This document shows, piece after piece, positions 49,756-60,145 of a DNA stretch of 64,000 nt. This DNA comes from Candidatus Hydrogenedentota bacterium (GTDB lineage Bacteria; Hydrogenedentota; Hydrogenedentia; Hydrogenedentales; SLHB01). Location: assembly GCA_963668025.2 (NCBI GenBank), contig CAXXTH010000017.1:1344001-1408000 (forward strand). The letters are read 5' to 3'. Numbering within the stretch: the first letter of the stretch is position 1; the number at the start of each line of letters is the position of its first letter. The position numbers were made by a program, and so were the translations under genes. The notes beneath the pieces were generated by a model. That model did not search any database. It was not told where the DNA came from and saw nothing but the letters and a program-made list of their open reading frames with translations.

Positions 49756-50943
49756 TCATTTCCCAAACCATCCCCGTGTGTTCATGCAAATACGCACGAG
49801 GCCGAGCATGACGGGCACTTCGATGAGAACGCCCACAACAGTAGCCAGGGCGGCTCCCGAGCTGAGCCCGAAGAGCATGGTGGCCGTTGCTATGGCGACC
49901 TCGAAATGATTCGATGCGCCGATCATGGCGGCGGGCGCGGCGTCTTCGTAGCGGAATTTGAGTATGCGGGCGGCGGCATAGCCCAGTCCGAATATGAGCA
50001 TGGTCTGAATAAACAGTGGGATGGCGATCCAGATTATCGTCAGTGGGTTGCCCAGAATCACTTCGCCCTTGAAACTGAAGAGCAGCACAAGCGTAACCAA
50101 CAAGGCGATGATCGTAATGGGCGTGAGCACGTGGAGGAAGCGCTCCTCGAACCATGCCTTGCCTTTGGCGGCGATGAGCCAGCGGCGGGAGAAATAGCCC
50201 GCGACAAGGGGCAGCGCCACGTAGATCGCGATAGACAGGAGCAAGGCCTGCCAAGGCACGGGCAGCCGCCCGACGCCCAGCAGGAATCCGCCCAGAACGC
50301 CGTAAAGCACGAGCATGGTGAGCGAGTTGACGGCAACCATGACCAGCGTAAGCCCGTCGTTGCCCCGAGCCAGGTAGCCCCAGACGAGCACCATGGCCGT
50401 GCAGGGGGCCACGCCGAGGAGAATGCAGCCGGCGAGGTAGCTGCGCCAGAGGGGCACCTCGAGCATCTTTACGCCGTCGTGCATCACGACGATTCCCGCG
50501 CCATGGCGCGCGCCCTCCGGCAGATCAAGGCCGAAAGGCATTTTAACAAGGTCCATGGCGTCCGCACCGATGAAGCCCTTGAACAAGAAGCCCAGAAAGA
50601 AGAGGGCGATGGCGTACATCGTGAACGGCTTGATGGCCCAGTTCACGAAGAGCGTGAGCCCTACGGGCTTGCCGCTCTTGCCCGCCTTGATGACTTCGCC
50701 AAAATCGATCTTCACCATGATGGGATACATCATGAAGAAGAGGCATATGGCGATGGGGATAGACACGACCGGAGCGCCTTGCACATACAAGGACATGCCA
50801 TCGAGCGTTTGGGCGAAGCCGGGAGCGAACTTGCCCAGCAAAATCCCGCCCACGATGCACAGCGCCACCCAGACGGTCAGGTAACGCTCGAAAATATTGG
50901 TGAGTTTGCGTTCACCGTTATCGGGGCAACGAACAGCGTCCAT
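49756..50943 (-). CDS. acr3: ACR3-family arsenite efflux transporter
   Basis: [52 protein letters not shown]. Confidence 0.95.
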   Translation of the reverse strand: MDAVRCPDNGERKLTNIFERYLTVWVALCIVGGILLGKFAPGFAQTLDGMSLYVQGAPVVSIPIAICLFFMMYPIMVKIDFGEVIKAGKSGKPVGLTLFVNWAIKPFTMYAIALFFLGFLFKGFIGADAMDLVKMPFGLDLPEGARHGAGIVVMHDGVKMLEVPLWRSYLAGCILLGVAPCTAMVLVWGYLARGNDGLTLVMVAVNSLTMLVLYGVLGGFLLGVGRLPVPWQALLLSIAIYVALPLVAGYFSRRWLIAAKGKAWFEERFLHVLTPITIIALLVTLVLLFSFKGEVILGNPLTIIWIAIPLFIQTMLIFGLGYAAARILKFRYEDAAPAAMIGASNHFEVAIATATMLFGLSSGAALATVVGVLIEVPVMLGLVRICMNTRGWFGK

Positions 50944-50956
50944 CGATACATCTCCT

Positions 50957-51808
50957 TTATTTACAAGGTTTTCGCGCGGTGACACTCAAACTGGTTACGA
51001 AATCGCTGGGTTTGGTTCCTGCTGGGAAATGCTGAGCCAGTTCCCGGAATACCGGGTCCGACCAATCCGCCATGCTGTCGATGAAGTCTGATTTATGTGT
51101 AAACTCGGCGTCCGCCAGCCCGGCGGCTTTAACCATGGCTTTTGTATCTTCCACCAATACAGCGCCCGCCACACAGCCCACTAACGCCTCGACGGATGCC
51201 CGCGCCGCTTCGGGCAGTGGTTTGCGCAGTGCGATGTCTGACACGGACACGCGCCCGCCTGGTTTGAGCGCCCGTGCGATCTCCCGCCAGACCTGGGGTT
51301 TGTCCGGCGAAAGGTTGATGACGCAGTTGCTGATGATCACGTCCACGCTGGTGTCGGCCACGGGTAGATGCTCGATCTCGCCGAGGCGGAACTCGACGTT
51401 GTCGAGGCCGGTCTTTTCTTGGTAGGCCTTGATATTGCGGCGGGCTTTGGAGAGCATTTCCGGCGTCATGTCCACGCCGATGGCGCGCCCGGAAGCCCCC
51501 ACCTTTCGGCCTGCAATGAACACATCGAAGCCGCCTCCACTGCCGAGGTCGAGTACAACATCGCCTTCACTGAGCGACGCCAGAGCCACCGGATTGCCGC
51601 ACGATAATCCCATGTTCGCGCCTTCGGGCAGGCTCTCGAGATCACCGGCTTCGTAGCCGATGGATTGCGCCAATTGCGTGGCGTCATCCGCCTCATCCCG
51701 TCCGCCGCAGCAAGAAGTAGGACCGCAACACGATTTAGTGGTTCCTTGTGCAATGCGGGCGTAGCCCTCACGTACAAATTCATGAATGTTTTCGGTTGAT
51801 GCATCCAT
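50957..51808 (-). CDS. arsM: Arsenite S-adenosylmethionine methyltransferase
   Basis: [44 protein letters not shown]. Confidence 0.95.
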   Translation of the reverse strand: MDASTENIHEFVREGYARIAQGTTKSCCGPTSCCGGRDEADDATQLAQSIGYEAGDLESLPEGANMGLSCGNPVALASLSEGDVVLDLGSGGGFDVFIAGRKVGASGRAIGVDMTPEMLSKARRNIKAYQEKTGLDNVEFRLGEIEHLPVADTSVDVIISNCVINLSPDKPQVWREIARALKPGGRVSVSDIALRKPLPEAARASVEALVGCVAGAVLVEDTKAMVKAAGLADAEFTHKSDFIDSMADWSDPVFRELAQHFPAGTKPSDFVTSLSVTARKPCK

Positions 51809-51838
51809 AGCCAGGCCTTTCTTTTTTGAGTAGCTATT

Positions 51839-52273
51839 TCAATCCAGCATTTTCGGCAGCTTTTCCACGAACGCCCGGATCTCGTCCCGCACCTTTCGAT
51901 AACAATTAAGTTTGGCTTCTTCGCCTTCCATCAAAGCGGCCAGCGCGGGCGGGTCGTCAAATCCCACATGGACCACCTTGGTGTGTCCCGGAAAACGGGG
52001 GCAGGTCTCGTGGGCGTGGCCGCAGACCGTCACGACATAATCGAAGGGGATATCCAACAGCCCGCTCACGAGCTTCGATTGGTGGCCGGAGATGTCTACG
52101 CCCGCCTCAGCCATCACCCGCACCGCATGGGGATTCAGGCCGTGGGTCTCGATGCCCGCCGAATACGGCTCGAGCACATCGCTTTTCAAGTGGCGCGCCC
52201 ATCCCTCGGCCATCTGGCTGCGGCAGGAATTGCCCGTGCAGAGAAAGAGTATTTTGAGCTTGTCATGCGCCAT
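51839..52273 (-). CDS. arsC: Arsenate reductase (LMW-PTP/thioredoxin type)
   Basis: LFLCTGNSCRSQMAE, TVC..A.ETCP, FDDP; start ATG 52273. Confidence 0.93.
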   Translation of the reverse strand: MAHDKLKILFLCTGNSCRSQMAEGWARHLKSDVLEPYSAGIETHGLNPHAVRVMAEAGVDISGHQSKLVSGLLDIPFDYVVTVCGHAHETCPRFPGHTKVVHVGFDDPPALAALMEGEEAKLNCYRKVRDEIRAFVEKLPKMLD

Positions 52274-52646
52274 TGCATGCCTCCTTAGCAGGTGCTTTGA
52301 TTTTCTGGCAAAGGGAATCCAAATCGCATGTGGTGATGGTTTTGAGCCGTTTGGCATCCCCGCGAACGCTGGGATCTTTCGCCAGTTCCTTGCTCAGCCA
52401 TTCCAGCACGGCAGCCGTTTTAGGAGTCCGCCGCAACCGGAAATGCACCCAACGCCCCTCTTTCCGGCTGTCCACCAATCCGGCCGTATGCAGCACGCTC
52501 ATGTGCCGCGAGACCGTGGCGGGGGCCAATTCGAGGAGTTCGATGAGCTGGCAGGCGCAGAGTTCCGGGTAATCGATGAGGGCCATCACGGCCCGTACCC
52601 GGCTGGCGTCCGAGAGTGCGCGAGTGATGATGAGGATGTTTTCCAT
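52263..52646 (-). CDS. arsR: ArsR/SmtB-family repressor
   Basis: RALSDASR, ELCAC, TVSRHM, SRKEGRWVHF; first gene of the ars operon. Confidence 0.93.
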   Translation of the reverse strand: MENILIITRALSDASRVRAVMALIDYPELCACQLIELLELAPATVSRHMSVLHTAGLVDSRKEGRWVHFRLRRTPKTAAVLEWLSKELAKDPSVRGDAKRLKTITTCDLDSLCQKIKAPAKEACNGA

Positions 52647-52655
52647 GCCGCCTCG

Positions 52656-52710
52656 TTTCGTTAATTCGCTAACTAACGAAATAATAGCATAAATAAAACC
52701 TCCCTGTCAA
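52656..52710 (-). promoter_or_regulatory. ars promoter and putative ArsR operator
   Basis: Minus strand TTGACA-18 nt-TATTAT (TG-extended); inverted repeat TTTCGTTA-N10-TAACGAAA at 52656-52681 over the expected start site. Confidence 0.75.
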
Positions 52711-52724
52711 GCGCTTGAAAGTGT

Positions 52725-52783
52725 TTCTCTGTGTTCTCTTTGGTGAATAATCTGATATTTTTACCACAGAGAGACAGAGAGAA
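52725..52783. repeat. Imperfect palindromic CACAGAG-type repeat
   Basis: ttctctgtgttctctttggtgaa ... ttaccacagagagacagagagaa. Confidence 0.55.
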
Positions 52784-52858
52784 TTAGTCCGATTATGGAC
52801 GTTACTACACGCAAATGCTTGTGGATCTCTCCAGTTTCTTGTCGTAACCAGCTTCTGG

Positions 52859-54034
52859 TTATCCTGCCGACTCCAATGTCTTCCAGCAATACCAGAGCAT
52901 GCGCGGGAGGTGGAAGGGGCCTTTCCAGATGTTGCCCTTTAGGTCCACCGAGATGCGGCCGTCGCGGTGCAGATAGCCGTACCATTCGCCGTATTCGGGA
53001 TCGGGGAAATGCCCAAACGCCCAGTCATGCACGGCCTTGTGCCATTGGGCGTATTTATCGTCACCCGTGAGCTGGTGGGCCAGCAGCGTGGCGATGATGG
53101 CCTCGTTGTGGGGCCACCAGAATTTCATGTCGTGCCAGTATTCCTGCACGGGCAAGCCCTTTACATCCACGAAATAGAGCAGGCCGCCGTATTCCTGGTC
53201 CCAGCCGCGCTTCCACATCCAATCGAGGATGGTTGTGCCGAGTTCGAGCAGTTCCCGGTCGCCGCCGCGCAGCTTAGCTTCGTGCATGATGAACCAGGCC
53301 GCCTCGATGGCGTGGCCGGGCACCAGCATGCGGCCGTCGAAATGGTCGATGAACTCGCCGTTGGGGCCGACCGTCTCGAAGACCGCCTCGAACTCGGGCT
53401 TCACGAACAACGTGCGGATCTCGCGGATGGCCGTGTCGATCCATTCGTCGCATTCCGGCATGCCGATAGTTTCCCGGAGGATTTGCGCCAGGTTAATGAG
53501 GATCATGCGCGGCCCGATGCCGGTCATGGGGCGCGTGTCCGGATTCACTTTCGGCGGGATATAGCCCGGTTCGGTCGTGACGGTGTGGAATAGCCGCAGC
53601 AGGTTGCGGGCTTCCTCTGCGGCTTGTTCGTCGCCGGACGCCTTGGCATAGGCGGCGAAGGCGATGGACGCGAAGGCCTCCGAGTAGGCGTAACGGCGCT
53701 TGCGCACGGGTTTCCCGTCACGCGTGACGATGAAGAACATGCGTCCGTCGGTGTCGAAACCATACCGGCGGAGGAATTCGACGCCGCTCCGCGCCTGTTC
53801 GAGCCATTCCGGACGTTTTTCGACGGTGTTGTAGAGCGTGCTGAGCAGCCAGGTGAAGCGTCCTTGCTGCCAAATGCCCTTATCCGTGTCCAGCAGCGAG
53901 CCGTCGCGCCCCCGGGCGATCATAAAACCACCGTATTCGCGGTCGATGGCATGGCGCATCCAGAACGGAAGCACATCATTCAAGAGCCCATCGCGGTATA
54001 TTTTCAGATAATGGTTTCGAGTTTCTGTATCCAT
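52859..54034 (-). CDS. AGE-family epimerase (N-acylglucosamine 2-epimerase-like)
   Basis: VLPFW..D.EYGG, DKGIWQQGR, PGHAIEAAWF, MKFWWPHNE, GEWYGYL, KGPFHLPR. Confidence 0.92.
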   Translation of the reverse strand: MDTETRNHYLKIYRDGLLNDVLPFWMRHAIDREYGGFMIARGRDGSLLDTDKGIWQQGRFTWLLSTLYNTVEKRPEWLEQARSGVEFLRRYGFDTDGRMFFIVTRDGKPVRKRRYAYSEAFASIAFAAYAKASGDEQAAEEARNLLRLFHTVTTEPGYIPPKVNPDTRPMTGIGPRMILINLAQILRETIGMPECDEWIDTAIREIRTLFVKPEFEAVFETVGPNGEFIDHFDGRMLVPGHAIEAAWFIMHEAKLRGGDRELLELGTTILDWMWKRGWDQEYGGLLYFVDVKGLPVQEYWHDMKFWWPHNEAIIATLLAHQLTGDDKYAQWHKAVHDWAFGHFPDPEYGEWYGYLHRDGRISVDLKGNIWKGPFHLPRMLWYCWKTLESAG

Positions 54035-54116
54035 AATAGCCTCCTTTACCCGGATGATACGACGGACGGGAAATCAATAGCAAACGTTTTCTTATCGGAT
54101 CGCATCCAATCTGTCC

Positions 54117-54185
54117 TGGAGGAGCATCCTGTCCATGGAGCAGGGTCTATTGATCATGCTTCATGGGCGGGACGCCCATGCTACG
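54117..54185. repeat. GTAG-type REP element with a degenerate partner
   Basis: Minus strand 54185-54162 reads cGTAGcatgggcgtcccgcccatg; a decayed opposite copy gagcatcctgtccatg lies at about 54122-54137. Confidence 0.6.
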
Positions 54186-54194
54186 GTATCGATT

Positions 54195-55283
54195 CTATTC
54201 CGCGGGCGGGGTAAAGGGGATATTGCTGCTCTGGAAATGGCGCAGCAAGTCTTCTTTGTCCGCCGCTTTTTTATATGCTTCATCCGGCTCGACAAGCCCC
54301 TCACGCACGAAGCGCGTGAGTTCTTCATTGAGAAGCGTCATGCCCTCTTTGCGGCCCGTTTGCATGATGCTCATGATCTGGCTCGTCTTAGCTTCGCGGA
54401 TAAGCGCGGATACAGCGGGATTGACGATAAGCACCTCGAGCGCCGCCACGCGCCCGCCACCCTTCTTCTTGAGCAGGTTCTGCGCCACGATGCCTTTGAG
54501 CGATGTGGACAGCATCATGCGGATTTGGGATTGCTGATCGGCGGGGAATTGATCGATGAGGCGGTCCACGGTCGAGATGGCCGTGGTGGTGTGGAGGGTG
54601 CCGAACACCAAGTGTCCGGTTTCCGCGGTCTCGATGGCGATATGGGTGGTCTCGAGGTCGCGCATTTCGCCCACCAAAACAATATCCGGGTCTTCGCGCA
54701 GCGCCGCGCGCAGGGCGCGTTTGAAGCCTTGTGTGTGGCTGTGGACCTCGCGCTGGTTGATCAAGCAACGCTTGTTGCGGTGGACGAATTCGATGGGATC
54801 TTCGATGGTTAAAATGTGGTCATTGCGCGTCGTATTGATGAGATCGATGAGCGCGGCGAGCGTAGTGGATTTACCGCTGCCCGTCGGGCCGGTCACGAGC
54901 ACGAGTCCTTTGTTGAGCGAACAAAACTTGCGGATGCTATCCGGCAGCTTCAATTGCTCGCACGTGAGGATCTCGGACGGGATGATGCGGAATACGCCGC
55001 ATATGCCTTTGTGATCACGGAAGATATTGACGCGGAACCTGGCAAGCCCGGAAATCTCATACGCAAAGTCGGTGTCGTTCTCCTCGTTGAACTGCCGCTC
55101 GTTCTCAGCAGGCATGATCTCATACAGCACTTTTTTGACCGTGGAATCATCGAGAGGTTCATCCGCGCGCAGCCCGACTAGCGAGCCATCTTTGCGCAAG
55201 ATCGGCTTGCAGCCGGTGCAGTAATGCAAGTCAGAAGCCCCATGCTCCGCCATCATATGCAAGAAACGATCAATTTCCGCCAT
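54195..55283 (-). CDS. pilT: Type IV pilus retraction ATPase
   Basis: ASDLH, RFRVN, GPTGSGKSTT, TIEDPIE, QREV, ALREDPD..VGEMRD, ETGHLVFGTLHT, AVSALIRE. Confidence 0.95.
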   Translation of the reverse strand: MAEIDRFLHMMAEHGASDLHYCTGCKPILRKDGSLVGLRADEPLDDSTVKKVLYEIMPAENERQFNEENDTDFAYEISGLARFRVNIFRDHKGICGVFRIIPSEILTCEQLKLPDSIRKFCSLNKGLVLVTGPTGSGKSTTLAALIDLINTTRNDHILTIEDPIEFVHRNKRCLINQREVHSHTQGFKRALRAALREDPDIVLVGEMRDLETTHIAIETAETGHLVFGTLHTTTAISTVDRLIDQFPADQQSQIRMMLSTSLKGIVAQNLLKKKGGGRVAALEVLIVNPAVSALIREAKTSQIMSIMQTGRKEGMTLLNEELTRFVREGLVEPDEAYKKAADKEDLLRHFQSSNIPFTPPAE

Positions 55284-55466
55284 ATCCGCCGCCTCCTTGT
55301 TGGGCCAAATACCGGCAAGAGCCTAGCATGGTTTGCATATTGGGGTCCAGGTAATCTATCTAAATGCAGGCAAAAAACATGCTTGCTGTAGTTGCTGCAT
55401 GAGCGGCGAGGGGGCGGGTCGATATAAGCTCTTTTGAAGCATGGCGTCTGCTCTAGATATAACAAA

Positions 55467-55524
55467 GCCCGTCGGCCTGCTTTGCCGCAAGTGAAGATCA
55501 CGGCGGGAGCAAAGGCCGGCGGGC
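55467..55524 (-). terminator. Long hairpin after GH27 copy B
   Basis: gcccgtcggcct-gctttgccg...cggcgggagc-aaaggccggcgggc; homologous to 57907-57965. Confidence 0.55.
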
Positions 55525-55538
55525 GTGTGTGCCAGGAT

Positions 55539-57653
55539 TTATTTTTTCTTTGCTGGCTTATCCGCCGGGCTTATCCGCACCAGAAACACGCCATGGCGGG
55601 GCACGGTTTTCTCGAATTGCTTGTCGAAAACGCCCAAGTCTTTTTGCCGCCAAAGATCGCGTACTTTCATCGGGCCGGTGATACCCAAGTCTTCCCAATT
55701 CACCTTGACTGTGGTCTCAATTTCGCCGATGTTAAATAATCCTACCGCCTTCGAGCCATCTTCCAGGTCCTTGACCAGGACGCATCGATAATCTTCCCGC
55801 TTGGCCATTCGGGCTTGCTGTCCCAGCGGATCCAGGTTGACTTCCAGGACTTCAGGATTGCAGAGCACGTTCAGTGTGTGTTCTTCGAGTTTGTCCATCC
55901 GCCCAGTGAAAAACAACGGAGCGCACAGCATGGTCCAAAAAGTCATATGGCTGTATGCTTCATTGGAAGAGACGTTGAACGGTTTTCCTAGCACCAGGAA
56001 ATCGGGATCATTCCAATGCCCCGGCCCAGCCCATTTTTCCAGGCCGATTTCGGATAAAGCGACACTCACAAAATTCGAGTAGTATGAGTTGTGGGTAGTC
56101 ACAGCGGCAATATCATTCCCCGTGCGCCAAGACTGCCCGCCTGCGGCCGCGCCCCATTCCCAGATATCGCCCAAGCCATATTGGCACAGATTAAAGAGGA
56201 TATCGCGGGGCTGTTTTTTAATGGCCTCGTTCATCCGAATGAAAGGCTCTTTCATTTGATCGGGTGACGGCAGTTCCGGGGCCCATCGCCAGCCGTAATA
56301 ACACCAGTCGTATTTCAGCAAGTCAAAGCCCCACTCGGCGAACCGTTGGGCGTCCTGGTCTTCATATAAGTAGCTGCCCACAAAACCGGCGCATGTGATG
56401 GGGCCAGGTGACGAATAGATGCCCGTCTTCAAGCCCATGGCATGAATTTGATCGTTCATGGCCTTCATGTCCGGGAATTTGGGATTGGCGTTGATGCGCC
56501 CTTGTTCATCGCGAGGTTCGCCATGTCCTGGCTCTGATTCACCAGGAACCAGCTTATAAGTGTTGTTCAGCATCTCTTTGAACGTTTTTGAATCGGCATA
56601 GTGGGAGTCATCCGCCAATACTTCATATCCCTGTCCCGGCTTGACCATCCAGGAGTCATCAATGCCGATATAGGTATAGCCATATTGGCTCATCGTGCTA
56701 TCGACCATCGCCCTCGCACAATCCAGGATGGTGTCTTGATCGATATTCAGGCCGTAGCTGTACCAATCATTAAAGCCCATGGGAGGCGTCAACGCGATGG
56801 TATCGCCAATCACGACGCGCAGCGTATTGGTGTCTTTCCCATGGCTGTTTGTCGCGATGATTTTCACTTTATACGTGCCCGCTTTTTTCGCCACGCCCGT
56901 GATAATGCCTGTGTCTTCATCCAAGGCCAGGCCCTTGGGTAATCTTTTGGCCTTGTATTTCATCGGGCGTTCTCCTGAGACGGGAAGCAGAAACTGAAAT
57001 GGGTGTCCAGGGCGTGCGCCGTAAACCCTGGGGGCGTTGATGTGCGGCGATAAGGACGGCTTAGGTGTTACGATCTCGTCGGCTTCGCGCTCCGGCGAAA
57101 CCGCTTGCGGTTGATACCCATCGGTCTCGAGTTGGGCTTCGGCCCAATCCGCAATATTGGCGGGATAATTTCGATGAACGGGAAGGGCCAGCAAAGCCAG
57201 TTTTTTGATGCCCGTGATGTCCACGGAAACCGGAAGCGGCGGAGAATCCGGCGTCATAACCGGGCTTTTCCAGAGGTCGCGCCCATCGCCTTGGACATAA
57301 AAAACAACCGCCGCCTGCTTCATATCAATCATATACAAGGGAATGGAATCATCGACACCCACCTTGGCCGTGAATTTGGTTCCGTGCCCATCGAGCTGGA
57401 TATGCATGAAGCCATGGGCGCACATCCAGATGCCATCGTCAAATTTTTGTCCGTTAATGCTCAAGGGCCGTTTCAGCGGTATCCCGGGTATGAATGTCAG
57501 CGACATTAGATTCAAATCCAAAGAAGAGACCGGTATGATGGTTTTGTTCGCAGCCGATTGGGTTTCTTCGGCGGCCATGGCCAAGCCGGACGCCAGGATA
57601 CAGGAAATCAACAACGTAAAAATTCCTATACCGCATCGTATGTGTTTCATCAT
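55539..57653 (-). CDS. GH27 alpha-galactosidase-like enzyme with NPCBM and putative Ig domains, copy B
   Basis: Signal peptide; NPCBM (FTAKVGVDD..ADWAEA); LPKGL Ig; LTPPMGFNDW, GIDDSW, GIYSSPG, LLKYDWC, WRTGND, WNDPDFL. Confidence 0.9.
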   Translation of the reverse strand: MMKHIRCGIGIFTLLISCILASGLAMAAEETQSAANKTIIPVSSLDLNLMSLTFIPGIPLKRPLSINGQKFDDGIWMCAHGFMHIQLDGHGTKFTAKVGVDDSIPLYMIDMKQAAVVFYVQGDGRDLWKSPVMTPDSPPLPVSVDITGIKKLALLALPVHRNYPANIADWAEAQLETDGYQPQAVSPEREADEIVTPKPSLSPHINAPRVYGARPGHPFQFLLPVSGERPMKYKAKRLPKGLALDEDTGIITGVAKKAGTYKVKIIATNSHGKDTNTLRVVIGDTIALTPPMGFNDWYSYGLNIDQDTILDCARAMVDSTMSQYGYTYIGIDDSWMVKPGQGYEVLADDSHYADSKTFKEMLNNTYKLVPGESEPGHGEPRDEQGRINANPKFPDMKAMNDQIHAMGLKTGIYSSPGPITCAGFVGSYLYEDQDAQRFAEWGFDLLKYDWCYYGWRWAPELPSPDQMKEPFIRMNEAIKKQPRDILFNLCQYGLGDIWEWGAAAGGQSWRTGNDIAAVTTHNSYYSNFVSVALSEIGLEKWAGPGHWNDPDFLVLGKPFNVSSNEAYSHMTFWTMLCAPLFFTGRMDKLEEHTLNVLCNPEVLEVNLDPLGQQARMAKREDYRCVLVKDLEDGSKAVGLFNIGEIETTVKVNWEDLGITGPMKVRDLWRQKDLGVFDKQFEKTVPRHGVFLVRISPADKPAKKK

Positions 57654-57777
57654 TCTCTTTGCTCCTTCTTGGTCAACCGATTTACTTGATCATTTCGGGT
57701 GTTGTTGTCCCAACGTTTTGATGCTCATTGCTTGATGTGGCTGATTGTATCGCATGTAGGTAAAGGCATCTCTTTTT

Positions 57778-57796
57778 AAGTATACTCAGTATACTT
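57778..57796. promoter_or_regulatory. Perfect palindrome, candidate operator
   Basis: AAGTATACT-C-AGTATACTT about 125 bp upstream of GH27 copy B. Confidence 0.35.
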
Positions 57797-57906
57797 TGGA
57801 GAGGCGGGGATCGCAAGCACTTAATCCATCTGAAATCGCTGGTTTGCAAGTTCGGTGGGGCCTACGGGTTTTCAAGATCCGTTTTTCAACACAGAGGAAT
57901 GAAAAA

Positions 57907-57965
57907 CGCCCGCCGACCCGCTTTGCCGCAAGTGGGAAGGCGGCGGAAGCAAAGGCCTGCGGGCG
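57907..57965 (-). terminator. Long hairpin after GH27 copy A
   Basis: cgcccgccgacc-cgctttgccgc...gcggcggaagc-aaaggcctgcgggcg, followed by ttttt on the minus strand. Confidence 0.6.
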
Positions 57966-57978
57966 CGTATTTTGGGAG

Positions 57979-60090
57979 TTACTCTTTTTTGTCCGACGAA
58001 GATGCCGGGCTCAGGCGCAGCAGGAACACGCCATGGCGGGGCACGGTCTTCTCGAATTCATGCTCGAAAACGCCCAAGTCTTGTTGCCGCCAAAGGTCGC
58101 GGACTTTCATGGGGCCTTTGAAACCTAGATCTTTCCAGTTTATTCTTACCGTCGTCTCAAATTCGCCAATGTTAAATAGGCCAACTGCTGTAGAGCCATC
58201 CTCCATGTCTTTGGCCAGGACACATCGATAATCTTCACGCTTGATCACTTTGGCTTGTTGCCCCAAAGGATCTTGGTTGACTTCCAAGACTTCGGAGTTG
58301 CAGAGCACGTTTAGCGTGAATTCATCGAGCTGATCCATCCGGCCGGAGTAAATCAGAGGGGCGCATAACAAACTCCAAAACGACATATAACTGTATGCTT
58401 CGTTAGGGGAGACATTAAACCGTTTTCCAATAAGCAAGTAATCGGGATCATTCCAATGGCCCGGCCCTGCCCATTTATCTAGGCCGTTTTCAGATAAAGC
58501 GACACTCACCATGTTTGAGTAATAGGAATTACCGGTAATAACCGCGCCAATATCATTTCCGGTGCGCCAGGAATGCCCGCCCACGGGTTCGCCCCATTCC
58601 CAGATATCGCCAAGGCCGTATTGGCACAGATTAAAAAGGATATCGCGGGGTTGTTTTTTGAGTGCCTCGTTCATTCGAATGAATGGCTCCTTCATTTGGT
58701 CGGATGAAGGCAGTTCCGGGGCCCATCGCCAGCCATAATAACACCAGTCGTATTTCAGCAAATCAAAGCCCCATTCGGCGAATCGTTGTGCATCCTGGTC
58801 TTCATATAAATAGCTGCCCACAAAACCGGCGCATGTGATGGGGCCAGGTGAAGAATAAATACCCGCTTTTAGGCCCATGGCATGAATTTGATCGGTCATG
58901 GCTTTCATGTCCGGGAATTTGGGATTCGAGTTGATGCGCCCTTGTTCATCGCGGGGCTTGCCATGCCCAGGCTCCGCTTCGCCAGGAACCAGCTTATAGG
59001 TAGTGTTCATCATTTCTTTAAACGTTTTAGGATCGGCATAATGGGAATCATCCGCCAACACCTCATAATCTTGTCCCGGCTTGACCATCCAGGCGTCATC
59101 AATGCCGATGTAGGAATATCCATACTGGCTCATCCCGCTATCTATCATTGCTCTCGCACAATTTAGCATGTCGTCTTCATTTACCTCCATGCCGTAGCTA
59201 TACCAATCATTAAAGCCCATGGGAGGCGTCAGCGAGATGGTGTCGCCAATCACCACGCGCAACGTATTGGAATCCTTCCCCAGGCTGTTTTTCGCGATGA
59301 TTTTCACTTTATACGCGCCCGCTTTTGGGGCTGTGCCGGAAATGACGCCCGTGGCGGCATCCAGGGCCAGCCCTTTGGGCAATCCCTTGGCTTTATACTG
59401 CATTGGGCGTTCGCCAGAGACAGGAAGCAGAAATTGAAACGGATGGCCAGGACGAGCGCCGTATATCCGTGGGGCGTTTATCCGTGGAGCCTGCGGCGGA
59501 GCTGGCGTAAGTATCTCCCCGGCTTCACGCTCTGGTGACACCGCTTTAGGTTGATACCCATCGGTCTCGAGTTGGGCCTCGGCCCAATCGGCTATGTTGG
59601 CGGCATAGTTGCGGTTAATGGGCAGGGCCAGCAGCACAAGCTTGTTGATGCCGGATATATCCACGGAAACCGGAAGTGGGGGGGAGTCCGGTGTCATGAC
59701 GGGGCTTTTCCAGAGATCGCGCCCATCGCCTTGCACATAAAAAACAACCGCCGCCTGCTTCATATCGGTCATATGCAAGGGGATGGAATCATCAATGCCT
59801 ACCTTAGCCGTAAATTTGGACCCATGGCCGTCCAGTTGAATATGGAGGAAGCCGTGCGCGCACATCCAGATGCCATCTGCAAAATTCTGCCCTTGAATGC
59901 GTAAAGGCCGCTTCATGGGCACACCGGGAATGAAGGTCAACGACATTTGATTCAAATCCAAAGAAGAGACCGGTATGACGGTTTTGTTCCCGGGCGGCTG
60001 TGTTTCATCAGCGGACAAGGCCAGGCCGGGTGTAAACATGCAAAGAATCAAGACGATAATCCTTGCGATACATGATGTGTGTTTCATCAT
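57979..60090 (-). CDS. GH27 alpha-galactosidase-like enzyme with NPCBM and putative Ig domains, copy A
   Basis: Same motifs as copy B and collinear with it throughout. Confidence 0.9.
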   Translation of the reverse strand: MMKHTSCIARIIVLILCMFTPGLALSADETQPPGNKTVIPVSSLDLNQMSLTFIPGVPMKRPLRIQGQNFADGIWMCAHGFLHIQLDGHGSKFTAKVGIDDSIPLHMTDMKQAAVVFYVQGDGRDLWKSPVMTPDSPPLPVSVDISGINKLVLLALPINRNYAANIADWAEAQLETDGYQPKAVSPEREAGEILTPAPPQAPRINAPRIYGARPGHPFQFLLPVSGERPMQYKAKGLPKGLALDAATGVISGTAPKAGAYKVKIIAKNSLGKDSNTLRVVIGDTISLTPPMGFNDWYSYGMEVNEDDMLNCARAMIDSGMSQYGYSYIGIDDAWMVKPGQDYEVLADDSHYADPKTFKEMMNTTYKLVPGEAEPGHGKPRDEQGRINSNPKFPDMKAMTDQIHAMGLKAGIYSSPGPITCAGFVGSYLYEDQDAQRFAEWGFDLLKYDWCYYGWRWAPELPSSDQMKEPFIRMNEALKKQPRDILFNLCQYGLGDIWEWGEPVGGHSWRTGNDIGAVITGNSYYSNMVSVALSENGLDKWAGPGHWNDPDYLLIGKRFNVSPNEAYSYMSFWSLLCAPLIYSGRMDQLDEFTLNVLCNSEVLEVNQDPLGQQAKVIKREDYRCVLAKDMEDGSTAVGLFNIGEFETTVRINWKDLGFKGPMKVRDLWRQQDLGVFEHEFEKTVPRHGVFLLRLSPASSSDKKE

Positions 60091-60145
60091 CGTTTATACT
60101 CCTTCTTGGTTATGTACTTCATTAAAATATTATGCAAATGCGATG

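Noticed and set aside
49906-50982. 358-aa + strand ORF
   Set aside because: Shadow of acr3.
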